The notes under the pieces: generated by a model
The model's input: only the letters and a program-made list of their open reading frames with translations
What the model was told of the DNA's origin: nothing
Database searches by the model: none
In this document: piece by piece, positions 59,673 through 64,000 of the stretch
How the letters are laid out: each line of letters begins with the position of its first letter
Position numbering within the stretch: position 1 is the first letter of the stretch
Assembly (NCBI GenBank): GCA_943355025.1
Contig: CALRDW010000002.1
Coordinates: 7,252 to 71,251, forward strand
Length of the DNA: 64,000 bases
Direction: 5' to 3'
From: Candidatus Magasanikiibacteriota bacterium
GTDB lineage: Bacteria > Patescibacteriota > Patescibacteriia > Magasanikbacterales > 2-02-FULL-50-9b
Made by a program: the position numbers and the translations under genes

Positions 59673-61055
59673 ATGACAGAACAGCGCTCCTTTATTTATG
59701 CAAGTTTATTCTGCTGCTTTGTTTTTGTTGGCGCAGGCTGCTCCAACATGCGTGTGCTGGGTGTTCAGCGACCGTCTGTATCTAATACAGCGACCTCAAC
59801 AGTAAGCTCTGAACACGCCAAACCCGGCATATTTTTAGTTCCCGTGCGACCCGATATTACAACATCGACAAATGTTTTTGATCAGGCTCTTCGAGATCGC
59901 GATGCTTCGGGGTTAGAGCGAGAGATTGCGGTGAGCGTACATCAGCGAATTGGAGACGAGCTTGCGGATGATGAATTTTTAGCGCTTGAAACTACATCGA
60001 CGCAAGCTACCCGATATAGTTATTTTAGTGTGCACTGCGCGCATGAATGTTCTGGCGGACGATTATTTGTATTTGATAAAGTGACGCAACAATTCTTGAA
60101 TTCGGGGATTGGTGGACAGTTGCGTAGCGGCGCAGGAGTTACGCTATTTTTTTCGCCAGATCGCAATAAAATAGCGCGTGTAACTAATGAGGAATCAGGT
60201 AGAGAAATGGTTTCTATTATTGACTCTAACTTGCTTAGAATCACGGAGCAATTCGTAGTCCCATCAAATGAAATTCTGCTCAGCACAGAAACAAGTACTA
60301 CAACTAATAAATTAATTGGGGTTCAAGCCTCGTGGATTAATAATTCTGATTTTGAATTTTCAGTGTATAATGCTGCTCTAAAAAAAGATGGATCGCACGA
60401 ATTAAAGGAAAAGAAGTTGATTGATACTACTGAAACATTAGAAAATCTAAAAGATTCTGAAAAAAAAGACGAAGTCTCCTTCATATATGATGGGGCGAGC
60501 GACACATTATTTAACGAGGCAACATCAAGCCTGCGCGTCGCTGTAAAATATGATGTTTTTGGCGAAGACTCTGCGCATGGCGAATGCACAGTGATTGGTG
60601 CAACAGCGTCGCAGATCCCATATGTTGTTTTTGAGTGTTTTATTGGCGTCGGAGATGGGCCAGCAATGTATGGAATAAAAATAATGGACAAAAAAACATT
60701 TGAATTTTCTACGAAAGAGCTTCCGGCTGTTGCGCAAGGAAATTTTTTAGGTAATACATTCTTGTCACCTGACAAAAGCGCGCTTGCAATCGTTGGTGTA
60801 CCGCGTGACGATGGAGTGGTTCAGGTTTCTGTTTTAGATTTGACAACGCTGAGTCAGATTGCCACATATTCGTTTGCGTCAGGGGACACGCCGCTAGCAA
60901 CACTTGAAAATACGTACACACCAGCACCACCTTTTGGAAAAGAAACCAAATGGAAAGGACAGACTGTTTTTGCAATCGGAAGATATCACGGAGAGCCGAC
61001 GCACAAATCGCGTAAGCCGCTTCAAGTTATCGAACTCAAAACAAAAAATAAATAG
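59673..61055 (+). CDS. putative lipoprotein with internally duplicated beta-rich domain
   Basis: Signal peptide ending VFVGAGC; two SPD(R/K)-containing repeats. Confidence 0.6.
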   Translation: MTEQRSFIYASLFCCFVFVGAGCSNMRVLGVQRPSVSNTATSTVSSEHAKPGIFLVPVRPDITTSTNVFDQALRDRDASGLEREIAVSVHQRIGDELADDEFLALETTSTQATRYSYFSVHCAHECSGGRLFVFDKVTQQFLNSGIGGQLRSGAGVTLFFSPDRNKIARVTNEESGREMVSIIDSNLLRITEQFVVPSNEILLSTETSTTTNKLIGVQASWINNSDFEFSVYNAALKKDGSHELKEKKLIDTTETLENLKDSEKKDEVSFIYDGASDTLFNEATSSLRVAVKYDVFGEDSAHGECTVIGATASQIPYVVFECFIGVGDGPAMYGIKIMDKKTFEFSTKELPAVAQGNFLGNTFLSPDKSALAIVGVPRDDGVVQVSVLDLTTLSQIATYSFASGDTPLATLENTYTPAPPFGKETKWKGQTVFAIGRYHGEPTHKSRKPLQVIELKTKNK

Positions 61056-61060
61056 TCGGC

Positions 61061-61750
61061 ATGTTTACTTTTGTACAGGAACAATTTAGCGGACCACTTG
61101 ATTTACTGCTGCAGGTTATTGAGGAGCAGAAATTAAAAATCACTGAAGTTTCACTTGCAAAAGTTACCGATGGATACCTTAAATATGTTCAGTCGAGCGG
61201 CTTGGTTGACGAGTGGGAAATGGTTGATTTTTTGCTAACTGCAGCAAAATTATTGTATCTAAAATCCAAGGAGCTGCTGCCGATTTCATTACCCGATGAT
61301 GAATCTGCAACCGATCTTGCGGGGCAGCTCAAGATGTATGCGCAGTTTGTTCGTGCGGCTGAAGAAGTAAAAGAGATGCTGCTCCGTCGAAATTTTATGT
61401 ATGCGCGTGAGATGATTACGATTAAAGCAACAGGATTTCAGCCGCCTAAAATGATTACTTCGCATAAAATCCACTCCGTGTTTGCTCAAATCATTGAGCG
61501 CTTTAAGCCGCAGAAACTTGAGGAGGTTGAAGTAAAAAAAATCATGTCTATAAAAGAGAAAATTGATGCGGTACAAGATTTGCTCTCGACATTCAAGCGC
61601 ACAACATTTAAGGATTTAATTGCTGATCCAAAATCGCGTGCTGATGTTATTGTTACGTTTCTTGCGCTCCTCGAACTTGTTAAACAACGAACGGTATTTA
61701 TTTCTCAACAAGCACATTTCGATCATATTCATGTTGAACGAACACTATGA
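61061..61750 (+). CDS. scpA: segregation and condensation protein A
   Basis: FSGPLDLLL, TFLALLELVK. Confidence 0.93.
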   Translation: MFTFVQEQFSGPLDLLLQVIEEQKLKITEVSLAKVTDGYLKYVQSSGLVDEWEMVDFLLTAAKLLYLKSKELLPISLPDDESATDLAGQLKMYAQFVRAAEEVKEMLLRRNFMYAREMITIKATGFQPPKMITSHKIHSVFAQIIERFKPQKLEEVEVKKIMSIKEKIDAVQDLLSTFKRTTFKDLIADPKSRADVIVTFLALLELVKQRTVFISQQAHFDHIHVERTL

Positions 61751-62283
61751 CAAAAGCACATCTTGAAGCATTACTTTTTGTTTCATCAAAACCATTTACG
61801 ACTAAAGGATTATCAAAAATGTTGAATGTTGGTGAAGATCAAATCGACGCCTGGCTTGACGAACTTACAGAAATGTATAACGATGAAGCACGAGGAATGC
61901 GAGTTGTTCGAAATGGAGCCGAAGTTCAGATGTTCAGCGCGCCAAATTGTCGCGAGCTTGTCGAAGAATTTCTGAAAGAGGAAATTACCGGAGAGCTCAC
62001 ACGGCCACAACTTGAAACATTAACGATTGTCGCGTATCGCGGGCCGATATCAAAACCAGACATTGAGCAGATTCGAGGAATTAACTGCACACTCATTTTG
62101 CGTAATCTGGAGTGGCGTGGATTGGTTGAAGAGACCGATATGTCAACGCCCGAAATTCCGGCGTACCGCGTTACGCTTGATTTTGTGAGGTATCTTGGGC
62201 TAACTTCAGTTGAGGAGTTGCCACAGTATGAAGCAATGAATGTATGCGAAGTTTTGTCACCATCATCATCCTCGCTGCAATAA
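61747..62283 (+). CDS. scpB: segregation and condensation protein B
   Basis: LEALLF, LETLTIVAYRGP, IRGIN, ELP. Confidence 0.93.
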   Translation: MTKAHLEALLFVSSKPFTTKGLSKMLNVGEDQIDAWLDELTEMYNDEARGMRVVRNGAEVQMFSAPNCRELVEEFLKEEITGELTRPQLETLTIVAYRGPISKPDIEQIRGINCTLILRNLEWRGLVEETDMSTPEIPAYRVTLDFVRYLGLTSVEELPQYEAMNVCEVLSPSSSSLQ

Positions 62284-63233
62284 TCGGTTTATTTACTGCG
62301 CGACAACAGTTCGCCTTGCATACAAGGGATAATGGCGCGATAGGCACGCTTGTTAAGTTGTCGGATATTGCCGCAGGACCACTGCAACAATTTGTTCCGC
62401 AGCAAGCGAAGCCAAAGCCCGAGCCACTTCCTCCTGTTAACGAGGCCGGTATTTTATTTGAAAAAAAAATTTCAGCACAATCCGCAATCGTTGTTGATGA
62501 GGTAACCGATGCGGTGCTTTATGAAAAAAATGCTGATGAGGCGCGGCCACTCGCCTCTATTTCAAAATTAATGAGCGCGCTTATTATTGTCGAACATATT
62601 GATGATTGGAGTGCGACAACAACGATTGAAGCAGAAGACATTGGAGAGGGAAATCAAACTATCGCGGTCGGTGAAGTTTACACGCTGCATGATTTATTTA
62701 ACGCAGCACTTGTTGGTTCTTACAATACTGCAATAAATACCTTGGTGCGCGCAACGGGTTTGTCGCGCACGGCGTTTGCAGGGGAGATGAACCAAAGGGC
62801 GCTAGACTTAGGCATGCGCAAAATGCATTTTGCTGAGGCAACGGGTCTTTCTCCAGAAAATGTTGCGAGTGCTAGAGACGTTGCTCGATTAACAAAGATA
62901 ATTTTATCTGAGCCGCGAATTAAAATTACAACGCTTACAGAACACACAACGATTACAGATTTACATACACATAAGAAAAAAATCGTGAAGGCAACCGATT
63001 GGCTTGTGAGCTCCGTCGTAAAATTAGATATCGCGGCAGTTGAAGGCGGTAAAACCGGTTATATTCCCGAATCAGGATACAATTTTACTGTCGAGCTTAA
63101 AAATCATGAAGGTCACGAGATACGCGTCGTCGTTCTTGGTTCAAAAGATGTGTTCAGTCGTTTTACAGAAACAGCCGATTTAGCAACCTGGGCATTTCAG
63201 AATTATTCTTGGGAAAATATTTTGAGCGAATAA
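62244..63233 (+). CDS. peptidase S11 D-Ala-D-Ala carboxy/endopeptidase
   Basis: SISK (SxxK), SYN (SxN), KTG; N-terminal signal/anchor. Confidence 0.9.
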   Translation: MRSFVTIIILAAIIGLFTARQQFALHTRDNGAIGTLVKLSDIAAGPLQQFVPQQAKPKPEPLPPVNEAGILFEKKISAQSAIVVDEVTDAVLYEKNADEARPLASISKLMSALIIVEHIDDWSATTTIEAEDIGEGNQTIAVGEVYTLHDLFNAALVGSYNTAINTLVRATGLSRTAFAGEMNQRALDLGMRKMHFAEATGLSPENVASARDVARLTKIILSEPRIKITTLTEHTTITDLHTHKKKIVKATDWLVSSVVKLDIAAVEGGKTGYIPESGYNFTVELKNHEGHEIRVVVLGSKDVFSRFTETADLATWAFQNYSWENILSE

Positions 63234-63260
63234 AAAACTGATTCAATGAATCAGTTTTGG

Positions 63261-63818
63261 CTAGTTATCGTTTTCAAGATCCTCAAGCCACAGATCGGAT
63301 GTTGAGTAAGAATTTTGTTCAGCCCACTCTCGCTCAGTAAATTTATTCAGACGACGCATCACTTCAAGAAGTGATGATTTTGCTTGTCGTCGAACAATCA
63401 TTGCTTCGAGTGGCTTACGCTGAAACGTTTTTGGGTTGATATATTCGGTATTTGCATACGTAGCATCAACGCGCTGTATGAATTTACGAAGTCCCATATG
63501 CGAAATGCCTTTACCAAGAAATAAGAATCGCTCCTTGCTCAAGATTACGATTTCATCCATCGTGGTGCTCGGCAGATGTCTGCGGGTGACGAGCATGCTT
63601 TTGGTAGAGGTATTGATAATAGCATAAAGTCCTTCGCGAGAAAGCCAACGAAGACTGTGTGAAATATCATGCCAGCCAAAGCTGTTTACGATGTCGTAAA
63701 TGTCCGCAAGAAGAGATGGATTAAGATATGGATCAAGAACCGCAATGAGCTCCAGCGGAAAAAGAGCCAACTCCATTTCAGTTATTTTTCGGTGCGGCAC
63801 GTATTGTTCAGCGTCCAT
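63261..63818 (-). CDS. hypothetical protein
   Basis: 185-aa ORF downstream of the tRNA; no recognised motif. Confidence 0.55.
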   Translation of the reverse strand: MDAEQYVPHRKITEMELALFPLELIAVLDPYLNPSLLADIYDIVNSFGWHDISHSLRWLSREGLYAIINTSTKSMLVTRRHLPSTTMDEIVILSKERFLFLGKGISHMGLRKFIQRVDATYANTEYINPKTFQRKPLEAMIVRRQAKSSLLEVMRRLNKFTEREWAEQNSYSTSDLWLEDLENDN

Positions 63819-63859
63819 CAGTTCCTCTCGCAGCTAAATTTTTTTGCTGCTTTTTAAAA

Positions 63860-63931
<72 letters not shown>

Positions 63932-63982
63932 ACGCCTTGAGGAAAAATCAAAAGCATATTTTTCCTATTTAAATTTTTCGAA

Positions 63983-64000
63983 TGCCCAGAGAGAGAATCG
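63983..64000 (-). tRNA. 3' end of a second tRNA, cut by the window edge
   Basis: Minus strand reads CGATTCTCTCTCTGGGCA (T-loop end, T-stem, acceptor strand, discriminator). Confidence 0.6.

Overview
Bacterial window in the standard genetic code (TGA used as stop), most likely Patescibacteria/CPR: rpmD is missing between rpsE and rplO, core genes lack Shine-Dalgarno sites, and there is a GAGC-lipobox protein. Layout: (i) 1-2.7 kb and 28.2-32.0 kb are two small accessory islands of orphan genes, each with its own promoter and terminator; (ii) about 2.7-28.2 kb and 32-37 kb form a large surface-glycan region with pseB, pseC, pseF-like, pseH-like, gmd, a perosamine-synthase-like aminotransferase, flippase, glycosyltransferases, methyltransferases and acyl-tailoring enzymes; (iii) 37.3-56.6 kb is the str/S10/spc ribosomal cluster, interrupted between fusA and tuf; (iv) housekeeping genes and tRNAs fill the end. 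Two signals stand out. The first is a ~185-nt element present twice (2459-2643 and 29629-29812, ~80% identical by hand alignment) that folds into one long rod with about 10 compensatory base-pair changes; its right arm carries a promoter and a start codon. The second is the gene that copy 2 starts (29790-30992), which looks like a C-type-lectin-fold diversity-generating-retroelement (DGR) target with a C-terminal variable region; I found no reverse transcriptase or template repeat in the window. A paralog of that gene and a divergent RelA/SpoT-like gene sit beside copy 1. All calls come from reading the sequence and the ORF track by eye; no database searches or folding programs were run.
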